64,000 nucleotides of DNA from the NCBI GenBank assembly GCA_963719035.1, contig CAVRAO010000012.1, positions 192,001 through 256,000 on the forward strand, written 5' to 3'. Shown here piece after piece: positions 1-11,709 of the stretch. The DNA is from Methanobacteriota archaeon (GTDB lineage: Archaea > Halobacteriota > Bog-38 > Methanoflorentales > Methanoflorentaceae). Each line of letters starts with the position of its first letter. Position 1 is the first letter of the stretch. The notes below the pieces were generated by a model. It did no database searches. It saw only the letters and a list, made by a program, of their open reading frames with translations, and was not told where the DNA came from. The translations under genes were made by a program, and so were the position numbers.

Positions 1-2
1 AC

Positions 3-569
3 TGGGTCATAACTGCTGCAGAACGGACACTTGACAGGTTGGAGGTGCTCAAGATTGCGCAGGGTGCAGGATTAGAGGGAGATGCACTTCGAACCTTGCT
101 CCTTGCTAATAACGTTAATGCGCTGCTCGTAGACGGGATTATTCGTGCATGGCCGTCGTATAACGGATCCGACGTAATGGCCGATTTGGTCCCCATCATC
201 GCGTCAGCCATCGATACAGTTATCGAATCCCACGGGTTTAAGCCTGCAAGCGAGGAGAATCAGGTCGCGCGCAGCGCCGTGACTGAGGGTTCGACGGTGC
301 AAGCGAACGATAACGCAGATGGACAAACGGGTGAGGTGACGAAGGAGCAGGAGGCCTCGACCACAACGGATGTGCTTGCGAGGAATAAGGAACGCGTCCT
401 CCTCACTATGAACGAGCTTGAAAGCGGTTCAGGCGTACCGTACGACCGTCTCATAGAGACGTTGGAAACTCACGGGCTAGAAGAAGAAGACGTTGAAGAC
501 GCGGTACAGGAACTGATGGATGAGGGGAAGTGCTACGAACCTAAGCTTGGCATCCTCAAGTTGATTTAG
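3..569 (+). CDS. RPA-associated / RPA32-like protein (COG3390-like), 5'-truncated by window edge
   Basis: Frame open from the window start: WVITAAERTLDRLE..., acidic linker, C-terminal winged-helix-like end ELMDEGKCYEPKLG. Confidence 0.7.
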   Translation, partial: WVITAAERTLDRLEVLKIAQGAGLEGDALRTLLLANNVNALLVDGIIRAWPSYNGSDVMADLVPIIASAIDTVIESHGFKPASEENQVARSAVTEGSTVQANDNADGQTGEVTKEQEASTTTDVLARNKERVLLTMNELESGSGVPYDRLIETLETHGLEEEDVEDAVQELMDEGKCYEPKLGILKLI

Positions 570-741
570 CCATCAACGCACCAACGCTCTACAACGTATG
601 TGCTTTGCCTGTCGTCCTTTTCAAAAAACAATGTGACATGCTCAACGTGGCCTGCTCTCTCGTTTTAACCCAAGCCTTAGATTGTGCTCTTTGCGACTTG
701 TGAGATGATGCCGTCGCTTGTCGGCGGTTGTTGTGGTGTGG

Positions 742-1104
742 TCAGTAGCGCTGCCACTTCTCAGTGGGGCGCCTTTCTGGAATGTGCTCGGGGACTTTTT
801 TTGTGCCCTTCGCGCACTCCTCGCTTACGTACAATCCACAGTAACACGCGCCAAATTCGGCAACATCTGGGTCGCAGTAGACGCACGGGCAGATAATGTC
901 CTTATCTAATTCCTTGTCGTTTGATGCCATACGACACGGACAGTTGTGGTATCCATAGCGCTCCTTGTTCGTGAGTATCCCGTCAACCAAAGCGTTTACG
1001 AGGTCTTTGTCGGGGTTCAAGAAACGTCCCATGCGTGGCGCTGCCTTCGTTATCGCTGCGAGGTATTGTTCGCGATCCATGCACGTCCTTATTACTTCAC
1101 TCAT
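742..1104 (-). CDS. Ferredoxin-thioredoxin reductase catalytic-subunit-like protein
   Basis: CPC...CPC...CYC motifs (YHNCPCR, DIICPCVY, GACYCGLY). Confidence 0.9.
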   Translation of the reverse strand: MSEVIRTCMDREQYLAAITKAAPRMGRFLNPDKDLVNALVDGILTNKERYGYHNCPCRMASNDKELDKDIICPCVYCDPDVAEFGACYCGLYVSEECAKGTKKVPEHIPERRPTEKWQRY

Positions 1105-1145
1105 TCTTTAAACTTGCTTAGAGCGACCGCTTAAATCTCGCTGAA

Positions 1146-2051
1146 CTAAACAAACTTCTTAAACATCATTGCTTGGAGCTGACCGACCCCAAGGTGCTTC
1201 GACAAAAGCACAATATCGTCGCGATTAACAGCGAACGCCTTAGCAGGCGGCAACGCCTTTGCGCCGCGTGCGTAGATCGTGCCCCCTCGCTTATTAGCTC
1301 CGAGGTAGCCTCGAGGCGTACCGCCAACGACGAGAACGCCCGACTTCATGTCGATTCCAGCAAACGCCTCTGCATTTCCACGTATGATCACAGTGCCCCC
1401 GTTCAGAAGAGCGCCTGAGTTCATGCCTGCATTGCCTGTTACGATGACCGTCCCGCGCTTCATGAGAATGCCGGTGCTGAGGTCAACGTCTCCAGCAACG
1501 CAGATCTGCGCGTCACATGCACAACGTGCGCCAACGGTATCGCGCACTATCGCGTCAGATAAGTGGAGTTGTGCGTTTGAAAGAACGTTAGGGGGGACAA
1601 GCGCGTCGTCACCGAGACCGTTACACACCACATCAGTGATCGATCGATATTTCTGATACCCCGTTCGATCAGACGTGACTTCAACGACGTTGCCGATCGG
1701 TGGCTTTGCGACCCCGGCCACGTACACAACTCCCGAGACCATACTTATTCCCATGCGGGTGTCAACGTTCCCGTCAACAATGACACTACCAACGGAGATT
1801 TTGCCTCCACTGCCCGAAAAAAAACGCAAATCAACGCCTAAACTAGAACAAAATCGGTGGCCAACGTCTCCAACAATAAATATGTCCTCTTTTCGTTTTA
1901 AAGCCTCAACGACGTCGCGATAAGTGTACTTACTCCCCTCTTGATGTGGAATCGGTTCGTCAGGCTCTAACTTAGCGCCCCGATGCTGCCAGTAAAAGTT
2001 GTACGTAAAGTCCGCAATACAATCAACTGGTGCACTAAACTCGAGCTGCAT
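1146..2051 (-). CDS. FwdC/FmdC-like GXGXG beta-helix protein
   Basis: Repeated (I/V)xGxAG...G..M.GG.(I/V) units such as [24 protein letters not shown]. Confidence 0.75.
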   Translation of the reverse strand: MQLEFSAPVDCIADFTYNFYWQHRGAKLEPDEPIPHQEGSKYTYRDVVEALKRKEDIFIVGDVGHRFCSSLGVDLRFFSGSGGKISVGSVIVDGNVDTRMGISMVSGVVYVAGVAKPPIGNVVEVTSDRTGYQKYRSITDVVCNGLGDDALVPPNVLSNAQLHLSDAIVRDTVGARCACDAQICVAGDVDLSTGILMKRGTVIVTGNAGMNSGALLNGGTVIIRGNAEAFAGIDMKSGVLVVGGTPRGYLGANKRGGTIYARGAKALPPAKAFAVNRDDIVLLSKHLGVGQLQAMMFKKFV

Positions 2052-2078
2052 TGTTAACCCTAAAAAGTTCTTTACAAA

Positions 2079-2555
2079 CTATCGAAACGGCTTGCGTTCA
2101 ATTTTTAACGAGTCGCCACCGCGAAGCACAACGGCCCCTTTTGCAGCAACAATTTCAAGTCCGTTCAGTCCAGCAGGACCACAAAGGACATCCTGTTCGG
2201 GATGTGTCCCTTTCTCGATGTCGCAGCGCAAGACCGTGCGCTTTCCCACAGACGCGACTACTCGTAGCCGTGATGACGCAGGATGATCTTTCGGAAGCAC
2301 TATGAGGGGCGAACCAGCGTCGCGGATAAGAGAGAGCGTGCAGATAATTGCTTTTGTGGTGGTGCGATCGTTGCAAAAACCCGATGCAACAAAAAGATCT
2401 TCGGCGCTCACCGCCATGACGATCTCATCATCTGTCGTCTCAATGAAGAGCTGCCGAGCGCATCCTGACTTAACTACGCCGATCACGCCGTCGGCACTGC
2501 GCACGAACAAGACCTCGTCGGCGTCGAGCGGCACGTGCTGTTCCATGCTACACAC
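2079..2555 (-). CDS. Hypothetical protein, probably co-transcribed with the FwdC-like gene
   Basis: 158-aa ORF, same strand, 27 bp from next gene. Confidence 0.6.
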   Translation of the reverse strand: MCSMEQHVPLDADEVLFVRSADGVIGVVKSGCARQLFIETTDDEIVMAVSAEDLFVASGFCNDRTTTKAIICTLSLIRDAGSPLIVLPKDHPASSRLRVVASVGKRTVLRCDIEKGTHPEQDVLCGPAGLNGLEIVAAKGAVVLRGGDSLKIERKPFR

Positions 2556-2618
2556 TCTTGTTGATCCAGCATCCTCGATAAGAAAAAGGGCTAACTAAGG
2601 ATCAACCCACAAGAGTTA

Positions 2619-2774
2619 CTATTCAAGCTCTGTGATATCTTCCGATTGGCAGGACGGACACATCGGGTTCTTACCGATGCCCTTGAATTTCGAACCGCAC
2701 TCGTTACAGGTGTATTGCTGTGGTTCGAGTCTTTCAATGTCCTCATTTCCAAACGGACCGCCGACGGTGCACAT
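2619..2774 (-). CDS. Small zinc-ribbon protein (51 aa; not in ORF track)
   Basis: Manual translation MCTVGGPFGNEDIERLEPQQYTCNECGSKFKGIGKNPMCPSCQSEDITELE; GGAGA upstream; two CxxC motifs. Confidence 0.8.
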   Translation of the reverse strand: MCTVGGPFGNEDIERLEPQQYTCNECGSKFKGIGKNPMCPSCQSEDITELE

Positions 2775-2942
2775 AATGAGTTCTCCTTAATAATTGCATG
2801 ACAGTGACTGTGTATAAGGGTTTGCTTAGCTGCGCAAATTAGTTTCATTACGTCTAAGATAAAGTTATATGCAGTTGACGGGAAAAACATTGTATAGCTA
2901 GCGTGCGGAATTATCTCATCGCTTAATATTGCTTCTAAATAA

Positions 2943-2964
2943 TAATTTAATTTATATTAAATTA
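2943..2964. promoter_or_regulatory. Perfect 9-bp inverted repeat over the probable uvrB TATA box
   Basis: TAATTTAAT-TTAT-ATTAAATTA, ending 20 bp before the uvrB ATG. Confidence 0.45.
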
Positions 2965-2984
2965 CATCTACAGTCTGTACGACA

Positions 2985-4946
2985 ATGTCTCCTTCTAAGT
3001 TCATCCTAAGTTCATCGTTCAAGCCAACTGGAGATCAGCCTAAGGCGATTACTGAGCTTGTTAACGGCATCAACGGCGGGGCGAAGCACCAGACGCTTCT
3101 CGGGGTTACCGGCTCTGGAAAGACGTTCACCGTCGCGAACGTCATCGCACAGGTGCAGAAGCCCACACTTGTTATCGCGCACAACAAGACATTGGCCGCC
3201 CAACTCTACAAGGAGTTTCGCGAGTTTTTCCCACAGAACGCGGTCGAGTACTTCGTGAGCTATTACGATTACTATCGCCCTGAGGCTTACATACCGCACA
3301 CGGACGTTTATGTGGCAAAGGAATCGGAGATCAACGATGAGATTGACCGGCTGCGACACTCAGCTACTAAATCGCTCCTCACGCGGCGTGACACCATTGT
3401 CGTAGCCAGCGTCTCGTGCATATTCGGCATTGGCTCTCCTGAAGACTACCAAGAGTCCGTTCTCTCCCTGCAAGTGAACGAAACCGTCAAACGGAGCGAG
3501 ATCTTGCGCAAGCTCACTGCTATGCAGTATGAGCGTAATGACATCGATTTCTTCCGCGGAAAGTTTCGCGTGCGAGGTGACACCGTTGAGGTGTTTCCAG
3601 CGTATGGAAACACCGCGTATCGCATCGCGCTCTGGGACGACAAGGTAGAGGGACTGTACGAGTTTAATCCGATCAACGGAAGAAAGACGGCAGCGTTTGA
3701 TTTTCTGCCGATCTTCCCGGCGACGCACTTTGTCACCAACCGCGCGAGACACGACGAGGCGCTGCACTCGATCAAGCGTGAGCTCACTGAACGTTTGGAG
3801 TACTTGCGCGGACAGGACAAGTTGCTCGAGGCTCAGCGGTTAGAGCAGCGCACTAAATACGACCTTGAGATGATGCGCGAGATCGGCTATTGCAGCGGGA
3901 TAGAGAACTATAGCCGACACCTCAGCGGGCGCTCTGCAGGGGATGCACCTACGACCCTCATTGACTATTTTCCGGAAGACTACCTCCTTGTCATCGATGA
4001 GTCGCACGTAACCATCCCCCAGCTTGTCGGTATGCACGGTGGAGACCGGTCTCGGAAAGACAACTTGGTGGAGCACGGGTTCAGGCTCCCATCAGCTTAC
4101 GATAATCGTCCGCTTACTTTTGGCGAATTTGAAAAGCGGGTCAACCAGGCTATTTACGTGTCGGCCACCCCCGGACCTTATGAGCTGGCCAAGTGTGAGC
4201 GTGTCGTCGAGCAGATCATTCGTCCCACTGGGCTAGTCGACCCTGCAGTAGAGGTTCGCCCTGCTGAGGACCAAGTCGACGACCTGATCGCAGAACTACA
4301 AAAAAGATCAAACGAGCGAGTGCTTGTGACGACACTGACAAAAAGGATGGCCGAGGATCTTTCCGAGCACCTTAACGAGATCGGCATAAGGGTGCAGTAC
4401 CTTCACTCTGACATTAGCACGCTCGATCGCGTTGACATCCTGTACGACTTGCGACGCGGCACCTTCGACGTCCTCGTCGGCATCAACCTTTTGAGAGAGG
4501 GCATCGACTTGCCCGAGGTCACTCTGATGGCGATCCTCGATGCGGACAAAGAGGGCTTTCTACGCTCCGAACGGTCACTCATTCAGACGATCGGCCGGGT
4601 TGCACGAAACGTCAATGGTCGTGTAATCATGTACGCCGACGTCACGACCGACTCTATGAAGCGTGCGATAAGCGAGAACAACCGGCGGCGCGCGCTGCAG
4701 CTCGCACACAACGAGCGCTACGGAATTACACCCCGGACCATCGTAAAACCTATCGAGGAACTTGTCGAGCGACGTCGGCCAGAGCTCGTAACTGAAGAAG
4801 AACCGGCTCTGAACGTCGCTCCAGAGGAGCTTGAAGAGACGATCGCAGGGCTCCAGGTAGAGATGCAGCGAGCAGCGCGCGGACTTGAATTCGAGCGGGC
4901 GGCGCTGATTCGTGACATGATTCGTTCTCTTGAAGAAGGGACATAG
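2985..4946 (+). CDS. uvrB: Excinuclease ABC subunit B
   Basis: [30 protein letters not shown]-terminal FERAALIRD. Confidence 0.98.
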   Translation: MSPSKFILSSSFKPTGDQPKAITELVNGINGGAKHQTLLGVTGSGKTFTVANVIAQVQKPTLVIAHNKTLAAQLYKEFREFFPQNAVEYFVSYYDYYRPEAYIPHTDVYVAKESEINDEIDRLRHSATKSLLTRRDTIVVASVSCIFGIGSPEDYQESVLSLQVNETVKRSEILRKLTAMQYERNDIDFFRGKFRVRGDTVEVFPAYGNTAYRIALWDDKVEGLYEFNPINGRKTAAFDFLPIFPATHFVTNRARHDEALHSIKRELTERLEYLRGQDKLLEAQRLEQRTKYDLEMMREIGYCSGIENYSRHLSGRSAGDAPTTLIDYFPEDYLLVIDESHVTIPQLVGMHGGDRSRKDNLVEHGFRLPSAYDNRPLTFGEFEKRVNQAIYVSATPGPYELAKCERVVEQIIRPTGLVDPAVEVRPAEDQVDDLIAELQKRSNERVLVTTLTKRMAEDLSEHLNEIGIRVQYLHSDISTLDRVDILYDLRRGTFDVLVGINLLREGIDLPEVTLMAILDADKEGFLRSERSLIQTIGRVARNVNGRVIMYADVTTDSMKRAISENNRRRALQLAHNERYGITPRTIVKPIEELVERRRPELVTEEEPALNVAPEELEETIAGLQVEMQRAARGLEFERAALIRDMIRSLEEGT

Positions 4947-4947
4947 C

Positions 4948-7761
4948 GTGACTGAATCCATTCGTATAAAGGGTGCAAAAGAGCATAATCTCAAGAACAT
5001 TGACGTTGAGATCCCGCGCGACAAGTTTGTGGTCATAACGGGAATTAGCGGTTCAGGTAAGTCCTCGCTGGCCTTTGATACGATCTATGCTGAAGGACAG
5101 CGAAAGTACGTGGAATCACTATCTGCGTACGCCCGACAGTTCCTCGGTCAGATGAAGAAGCCAGAGGTAGAGCATATCGACGGCCTTTCCCCGGCGATCT
5201 CGATCGACCAAAAAACGACGAGCAAGAATCCCCGTTCCACCGTGGGAACGGTAACAGAGATCTTTGACTATCTGAGGCTTATGTTCGCACGCGTGGGCAC
5301 CCCTCACTGTCCCCAGTGCGGCAAGGAGATCGCTCAACAGACCGTGCAAGAAATCGTCGACCAGGTTGTGCAGCTTCCGAAGGACACGAGGATCACGATC
5401 CTCGCCCCGGTGGTCAACGACAAAAAGGGGGAACACCGGAAGATCTTGGAGTTCCTGCTCAGCGACGGGTTCGCGCGCGCACGCATCGACGGTGAGGTGC
5501 GCGAACTCGACGAGGCAATCGACCTTGACAAGAACAAACGGCATTCGATTGAGGTCGTAGTTGACCGGCTCATCATCGCTCAGGAAGAACAGCAACGCCT
5601 CGCCGATTCGCTTGAGACCGCTCTCGTTCTCGGTGACGGTGTGGTCATCGTCGACGTTAACGGCGCCAAAGAGCTCCTTTTCAGCGAGCACTTCGCGTGT
5701 ATCGAGTGTGGCATTAACATGGGAGAGGTCGAGCCGCGTATGTTCTCGTTTAATAGCCCGCACGGGGCGTGTGCGACCTGCCACGGCCTCGGGTTTGAAA
5801 AAACGCTCGATGAAGACCTTATCGTGCCCGACAAATCCCTGCCCGTCAGAAGTGCTATCGCGCCGTGGGCTAAACCGACGAGCGAGTATTACCCTCAGTA
5901 CCTCTTAAGCGCGGCAAAACACTTTCAATTTGACCCTGAAACGCCGTACGAAGAGCTTGCCGACGAACAGAAACACCTCATCATGTGTGGCTCGGGGACT
6001 CAGAAGATGCGCTTTGAGTACGCCGGGCGACACGGCTATGTGCGGTTTATGAGGCCGTTTGAGGGAGTGTTAAAGAACCTATCGCGTCGTTATCGCGAAA
6101 CCGACTCTGATAACGTACGGGAAGAGATTGAGAAGTACATGCGGCTGCGTGCTTGTGACGCCTGCAACGGCCAACGGCTTCAACCGAAAGCGCTCGCTGT
6201 TACGGTCGGTGATTGCTCGATAGCGGATGTCTCAGCCTTGTCTGTCGACGCGGCTTATACCTTCTTTGACATGTTGCGCCTCTCTAACGGGAAGATGATC
6301 ATTGCTGCAGAAGTAATCAAAGAGGTTAAAAAACGTCTCAACTTTCTGCAAAACGTCGGTCTCAACTATCTGACGCTCGATCGAGCAAGCGAGACACTAT
6401 CGGGGGGTGAGGCTCAGCGCATACGGCTTGCGACGCAAATCGGCTCGGGCCTCGTCGGCGTCCTCTATATCCTTGATGAGCCGAGCATTGGACTTCACCA
6501 ACGTGACAATTTGAGGCTCATTGGGACGTTGAAGAGCCTGAGGGACCTCGGGAACACACTCATCGTGGTTGAGCACGACGAGGAGATGATTCGCACGGCA
6601 GACTACGTCATCGACATGGGGCCCGGCGCCGGAGAGCACGGAGGTGCGATCGTGGCAACGGGCACACCAAGTGACATCGTGAGCGATCCAGAGTCTATCA
6701 CCGGACAGTACCTTAGTAGGGCAAAACGAATCGAGGTGCCAAAAAGACGGCGCACCACGAACGGCAAAGCCCTGCGCATTATCGGCGCGCGCCACAACAA
6801 CCTTAAGAACATCGATGTGGAGATCCCCCTCGGGATCTTCACCTGTGTCACAGGGGTCTCTGGTTCTGGAAAAAGCACCCTTATCAACGATATTCTCCAT
6901 CGCCGACTCGCTCAAAAGCTTCATCGGGCATACGGAAAGCCCGGCGACCACGACGACGTTTTAGGCATCCAGGACATCGACAAAGTGATCACGATTGACC
7001 AGTCTCCCATCGGGAGGACTCCGCGCTCAAATCCCGCCACGTACACAGGGGTGTTCGATTTTATTCGGGCCCTCTTCGCCCAGCTTCCTGATGCTAAGGC
7101 CCGAGGCTATCGGCAGGGCCGATTTAGCTTTAACGTGAAAGGAGGACGCTGTGAGGCGTGTAGAGGTGACGGGATCATAAAGATCGAGATGCACTTTTTA
7201 CCCGACGTCTATGTACCGTGTGAGGTTTGCGAGGGGAAGCGCTACAACCGCGAAACGCTTGAAATTCGCTACAAGGGCAAGAATATCGCTGACGTGCTCG
7301 ATATGACCGTCGAAGAGGGCGTGCACTTCTTTGAGAATATCCCGCGCATCAAGCAGAAACTTCAGACGCTCTTTGACGTGGGCCTGGGCTACGTCAAACT
7401 CGGACAGCCTGCGACGACGCTCTCTGGCGGGGAGGCACAACGCGTCAAGCTGGCGACGGAACTCAGTCGGCGGAGCACGGGAAAGACATTTTACATCCTT
7501 GACGAGCCGACGACAGGCCTGCACTTTGACGACATTAAGAAACTGCTCGCAGTTCTCGGCAGGCTCACTGACGCAGGTAATTCTGTGCTCGTCATTGAAC
7601 ACAACCTTGACGTGATTAAGACGGCCGACCATATCATCGATCTGGGTCCCGAGGGAGGCGATGAGGGTGGGTACGTCGTCGCGCGGGGAACGCCTGAGAT
7701 GATCGCGCGGTCTGGCACTTACACGGGTGAGTTCCTCAAACGAGTCTTAAACGGATACTAA
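4948..7761 (+). CDS. uvrA: Excinuclease ABC subunit A
   Basis: Two ABC domains ([24 protein letters not shown] x2) and zinc fingers; GTG start 1 bp after uvrB stop. Confidence 0.98.
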   Translation: MTESIRIKGAKEHNLKNIDVEIPRDKFVVITGISGSGKSSLAFDTIYAEGQRKYVESLSAYARQFLGQMKKPEVEHIDGLSPAISIDQKTTSKNPRSTVGTVTEIFDYLRLMFARVGTPHCPQCGKEIAQQTVQEIVDQVVQLPKDTRITILAPVVNDKKGEHRKILEFLLSDGFARARIDGEVRELDEAIDLDKNKRHSIEVVVDRLIIAQEEQQRLADSLETALVLGDGVVIVDVNGAKELLFSEHFACIECGINMGEVEPRMFSFNSPHGACATCHGLGFEKTLDEDLIVPDKSLPVRSAIAPWAKPTSEYYPQYLLSAAKHFQFDPETPYEELADEQKHLIMCGSGTQKMRFEYAGRHGYVRFMRPFEGVLKNLSRRYRETDSDNVREEIEKYMRLRACDACNGQRLQPKALAVTVGDCSIADVSALSVDAAYTFFDMLRLSNGKMIIAAEVIKEVKKRLNFLQNVGLNYLTLDRASETLSGGEAQRIRLATQIGSGLVGVLYILDEPSIGLHQRDNLRLIGTLKSLRDLGNTLIVVEHDEEMIRTADYVIDMGPGAGEHGGAIVATGTPSDIVSDPESITGQYLSRAKRIEVPKRRRTTNGKALRIIGARHNNLKNIDVEIPLGIFTCVTGVSGSGKSTLINDILHRRLAQKLHRAYGKPGDHDDVLGIQDIDKVITIDQSPIGRTPRSNPATYTGVFDFIRALFAQLPDAKARGYRQGRFSFNVKGGRCEACRGDGIIKIEMHFLPDVYVPCEVCEGKRYNRETLEIRYKGKNIADVLDMTVEEGVHFFENIPRIKQKLQTLFDVGLGYVKLGQPATTLSGGEAQRVKLATELSRRSTGKTFYILDEPTTGLHFDDIKKLLAVLGRLTDAGNSVLVIEHNLDVIKTADHIIDLGPEGGDEGGYVVARGTPEMIARSGTYTGEFLKRVLNGY

Positions 7762-7765
7762 GGCG

Positions 7766-9562
7766 ATGCCTCCACCTTCTGTACTCGAAAAAATGGACAA
7801 CTTGCCGGGCAGTCCCGGGGTCTACCTGATGAAGGATGCCGGTGGGAAAATCATCTACATTGGGAAAGCTATCTCTTTGAAGAACCGCGTTAGAACCTAT
7901 TTTCATACTACGCCGGTAGCACCGCGAACGATGGCACTCGTCGAGCGGGTCGACGACGTCGAGTGGATCGTCACTAACACCGAAAAAGAGGCGCTTATCC
8001 TTGAGTCAAACCTTATCAAGCTTCACAAGCCGCGATACAACGTTCGGCTCACCGATGACGGCAGCTTCCCGTACATCCGAATTTCGAGGGACGTATATCC
8101 GAGCATCACTGTGACGCGCGCCGTAAGAAACGACGGATCATCCTATTTCGGCCCATACACGAGCGCGCAGGCCACGCGTCAAAGCGTGAAGGTGTTGCGC
8201 AAGGCGTTCCCGTTGCGCAGCTGCAGTAGAGACCTGCAGCGCGTTCTAAGGCCCTGCCTTAACTATCAACTTAAGCTCTGTGTGGGCCCTTGTGCAGACA
8301 AAACGGAGCCTAGCGCGTACGCTCAGCTCGTAACGGGCATACGGGGGTTTCTCGAAGGGCGTCAGGACGACATTCTCAGGGAGCTGAAGCACGAAATGCG
8401 CGAAGCGGCAACAGATATGGATTTTGAACGCGCGGCGACGCTACGCGATCGCATTGCTGTGCTCGAGCGCGTCCGAGAACAGCAGTATGTAGAGCCACGA
8501 CGTGGCGACGAGGATGTCATCGCCATCGCCCGCAGAGGTCCACAGGCGTGTGCGCTCATACTCATGGTTCGCGAAGGGAAAGTCACGGGGCAACAATCAT
8601 ACGTTCTGCGCGGAACCGAAGGCGTTGATATGACTGAACTGATGACGGCGTTTATCAAACAACATTACTTCCATCTCGAGGGGCCTTACGTTCCGAAGGG
8701 CATCCTTCTCGAGCACCCAATAGAAGAAGCGGATGCCATTGAGAATCTCCTTACCGAGATCAGAGGAAGTCGCGTTCACCTGAACGTTCCCCGCGCCGGA
8801 CCGAAGAAAAAGCTCGTCGCGCTTGCTCACAAGAACGCCGAATCGATGCTTAAAAAGCCAGCTGCTGCAGATGCGTTGTATGTTCTTAAAGACGCCCTTC
8901 GACTCAGTTCTTACCCGTACAGGATCGAAGCGTTCGACGTGTCGAACCTTGCCGGGGCAGAAGCAATGGGGTCGATGGCGGTATTCATCGACGGTATGCC
9001 ACAGTTTAATGAGTACCGCTATTACAAGATCAAGAGCGTTACGACGATCGACGACTACGCAATGCTCAAGGAGATTGTCAGCCGGCGATTTCGAGACCGA
9101 AAAAGCCGCGCGGACCTCATCGTGGTTGATGGGGGAAAGGGACAGGTGCGCGCCGTCAAGGACGCCCTCACGATGCTCGGTTTAAGGACCCCTCTTGCTG
9201 GCTTGGCAAAGCGCGAAGAACTCGTTTACGTGCCAGGTCGGTCAGCGCCTGTGGCGGTGCCGCAGATTGCACTCAATGTGCTGATGCGCATTCGTGACGA
9301 GGCGCATCGAGCGGCCATCCGCAGGCATCGAAACTTACGCTCGCGCAAGCTTTTGGAAAGCACGCTCGACCAAATTCCGGGTGTCGGCAAAAGACGAAAA
9401 ATTGAACTGCTTAAACGTTTTGGGTCCGTGGCTGAGCTTAAAAAAGCAAGTGTAGTAGAGATCGAATCGGTGCCTGCCGTAAACAAGACGACCGCTCATA
9501 GCGTTTTCAGTTTTTTTAACGAGCGACCTGCGGCCGTTCGTGTGTCCACCGCACATACGTGA
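7766..9562 (+). CDS. uvrC: Excinuclease ABC subunit C
   Basis: GIY-YIG (PGVYLM...IYIGKA), RIEAFDVS, VDGGKGQ, RDEAHR, HhH tail. Confidence 0.97.
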   Translation: MPPPSVLEKMDNLPGSPGVYLMKDAGGKIIYIGKAISLKNRVRTYFHTTPVAPRTMALVERVDDVEWIVTNTEKEALILESNLIKLHKPRYNVRLTDDGSFPYIRISRDVYPSITVTRAVRNDGSSYFGPYTSAQATRQSVKVLRKAFPLRSCSRDLQRVLRPCLNYQLKLCVGPCADKTEPSAYAQLVTGIRGFLEGRQDDILRELKHEMREAATDMDFERAATLRDRIAVLERVREQQYVEPRRGDEDVIAIARRGPQACALILMVREGKVTGQQSYVLRGTEGVDMTELMTAFIKQHYFHLEGPYVPKGILLEHPIEEADAIENLLTEIRGSRVHLNVPRAGPKKKLVALAHKNAESMLKKPAAADALYVLKDALRLSSYPYRIEAFDVSNLAGAEAMGSMAVFIDGMPQFNEYRYYKIKSVTTIDDYAMLKEIVSRRFRDRKSRADLIVVDGGKGQVRAVKDALTMLGLRTPLAGLAKREELVYVPGRSAPVAVPQIALNVLMRIRDEAHRAAIRRHRNLRSRKLLESTLDQIPGVGKRRKIELLKRFGSVAELKKASVVEIESVPAVNKTTAHSVFSFFNERPAAVRVSTAHT

Positions 9563-9805
9563 CTAACGTATGCGAGAAGAACTTATGAAGGGTTGGCGTC
9601 GTAGATTGGTTTTCGATCCGTCGCCGCCCCTCGCAAGCACCTTCGTTTAACTTGGAAGATACTTTATTTGGGAAAGCTTTTTAAGTCAATATTCGGACTA
9701 AAAAAGAGCGTGTGAGGCTCGGTTGAGGGCGGCTATTCTGACTTTAAGGCTGCAACTGACTCGAATGGGTAAATCCTGTGTAGACGAATTTTCAAGGGGG
9801 ACGCG

Positions 9806-10822
9806 ACGGTAAATCCAGTAATCTTCATCGCAAGTTTGGCTGTAATCTTTATCGGCAGCAGCCTCTTTACGAACGGCGTGGAATGGGTTGGATGTAAGTT
9901 CAAGCTTTCTGAGGGGGTCGTCGGCTCGGTGTTGGCTGCCATAGGGACGGCATTGCCAGAAACCATCGTCCCACTGATCGCTATTTTCTTTGTTGCGGGA
10001 CCGACAGGACAAGGTGTCGGCATCGGGGCGATATTAGGCGCGCCTTTTATGTTGGGAACCCTCGCCCTTTTTGTTACCGGTGTCGCCATAATTATTTTTA
10101 GACGTCGTCGAGTAATGGGGGCTGAAATTGCGTTTAATAGCACAATAACACGGCGGGATTTGGGCACCTTTTTCCTCGTGTACTTAGGTGCTGTGAGCGT
10201 CGCGCTCTTTGTGCCTCAGCCAATGAAACCGTTCACGGCCCCGTTCTTCGTAGCCGTTTACGTTGCGCACGTGTGGCGCATATTCAAAGCCGACGAGGGC
10301 GCATTAAAAGCACCGCTGCAGCCATTGAAGTTTGATTTGTGGGCAGCCCGATTAAAGAACGAGACTGCCCGCCAGCATCCATCATCATGGCTTGTAATTG
10401 GACAAACCGTCTTGTCAGTACTCCTTATAATAGCAGGCGCTCGGCTCTTTGTAAATCAAATTGTCAGCATCGCCGAGCAGCTCAACGCAAGTGCGACGCT
10501 GCTTGCGCTCGTTATCGCACCGATAGCAACGGAGCTCCCTGAAAAGCTGAACAGCGTCTTTTGGGTTAGACAAGGCAAGGATACGCTTGCACTCGGGAAC
10601 ATAACAGGGGCGATGGTGTTTCAGAGCTGCATTCCAGTGGCGTCTGGGATTGCATTCACCGCATGGACGCTTGGACCCGTTGAGCTATTTAGCGCGGCGC
10701 TTGCCCTCACAGCGGGCCTCTGGGTTTACGTGCTTGCTGCTAAAGGGAAGTTGACGGCACCGGCGCTCATCTTAAATGGAGTCTTTTATCTCCTGTTCAT
10801 CGCAGTTGTGCTTCGGGGCTAG
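9806..10822 (+). CDS. Sodium/calcium exchanger (CaCA) family antiporter
   Basis: Alpha-repeats GTALPET and ATELPEK...GNITGA; start uncertain (ACG 9806 or TTG 9836). Confidence 0.9.
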   Translation, partial: TVNPVIFIASLAVIFIGSSLFTNGVEWVGCKFKLSEGVVGSVLAAIGTALPETIVPLIAIFFVAGPTGQGVGIGAILGAPFMLGTLALFVTGVAIIIFRRRRVMGAEIAFNSTITRRDLGTFFLVYLGAVSVALFVPQPMKPFTAPFFVAVYVAHVWRIFKADEGALKAPLQPLKFDLWAARLKNETARQHPSSWLVIGQTVLSVLLIIAGARLFVNQIVSIAEQLNASATLLALVIAPIATELPEKLNSVFWVRQGKDTLALGNITGAMVFQSCIPVASGIAFTAWTLGPVELFSAALALTAGLWVYVLAAKGKLTAPALILNGVFYLLFIAVVLRG

Positions 10823-10988
10823 CGGTCTCAGGTTTGACGTCTTTCTGGTTTTTCCTACGCGCTCGATCAGTAGTCAAGCGAGGTAACCCTCTCGCTGACT
10901 CGAGAACATATGTCCCAGCAAGGTGTCTCCTAACACTTCCTATCGCTAAAAATGCAATAAGTCGAGCTTACTGCTTTTGCAAGGCAGT

Positions 10989-11483
10989 TCAAGCAACATT
11001 GCTTATCGCATCTTTAATATAGGGATATGCGTCGAACGTTTGGCTAAATGGGACGTTCACGTCTGTGACCAGGGCGTGGGCGTTGACGATCCCGCTCAGG
11101 TCTATCATGACGCTTTGAGCAAAGATCGTTTGGAACGTAGCGCTGATTGCAGAGCTAAAGAATATTGTAGACGTTATCGGGATTTCGACGCTTCCACGTG
11201 CCGGGACTTGGAATCCGCTAGAAGTGCCGTTGCTTAAGACTTGGCCGCCTTTTGCTAGGAGCAGGTCGTAGGTTAGTGAGTTGACAGTGACTCCAACGAC
11301 GTTTGGATTGTACAGCTTGATTACGAACGTTATCGTGAAACCCGAGCGTGACACGTTATCGATCGAGCGCACAGACACGCCTTCGACTTGGGGGGCTTGG
11401 AGTGTTAAAAAGAAGGCGGCCCCTGCGACAGCAATGACAATAATAACGACGGCGATTATGGCGGCAATAGTTCTTGTCCGCAT
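10989..11483 (-). CDS. LEA type 2 (WHy) domain membrane-anchored protein
   Basis: N-terminal TM helix, then LYNPN motif and VPARGSVEIPI. Confidence 0.8.
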   Translation of the reverse strand: MRTRTIAAIIAVVIIVIAVAGAAFFLTLQAPQVEGVSVRSIDNVSRSGFTITFVIKLYNPNVVGVTVNSLTYDLLLAKGGQVLSNGTSSGFQVPARGSVEIPITSTIFFSSAISATFQTIFAQSVMIDLSGIVNAHALVTDVNVPFSQTFDAYPYIKDAISNVA

Positions 11484-11709
11484 AGCCAAGCAATAGCCTT
11501 TTGACTATTTATATGAACCGAAACGAGCGCAAGCGTGACGGGTTAAAAAGCACACCGCAATGCGCTAAATAGCTTTTCTGGTCGTGGAATCAGACAGTAA
11601 GGAAAACGTAATATCGCTGTTCGCCGCTACAATAGGTACGCTCTGCGTTGTTTCAGTCTACCAAGGTGCGCCAGAGCATGTGTTATACTAACGCACAGGT
11701 CGAGCAGAA

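Noticed and set aside
2591-2890. 99-aa ORF from the supplied track
   Set aside because: It overlaps a better-supported zinc-ribbon ORF in another frame that has a ribosome-binding site.
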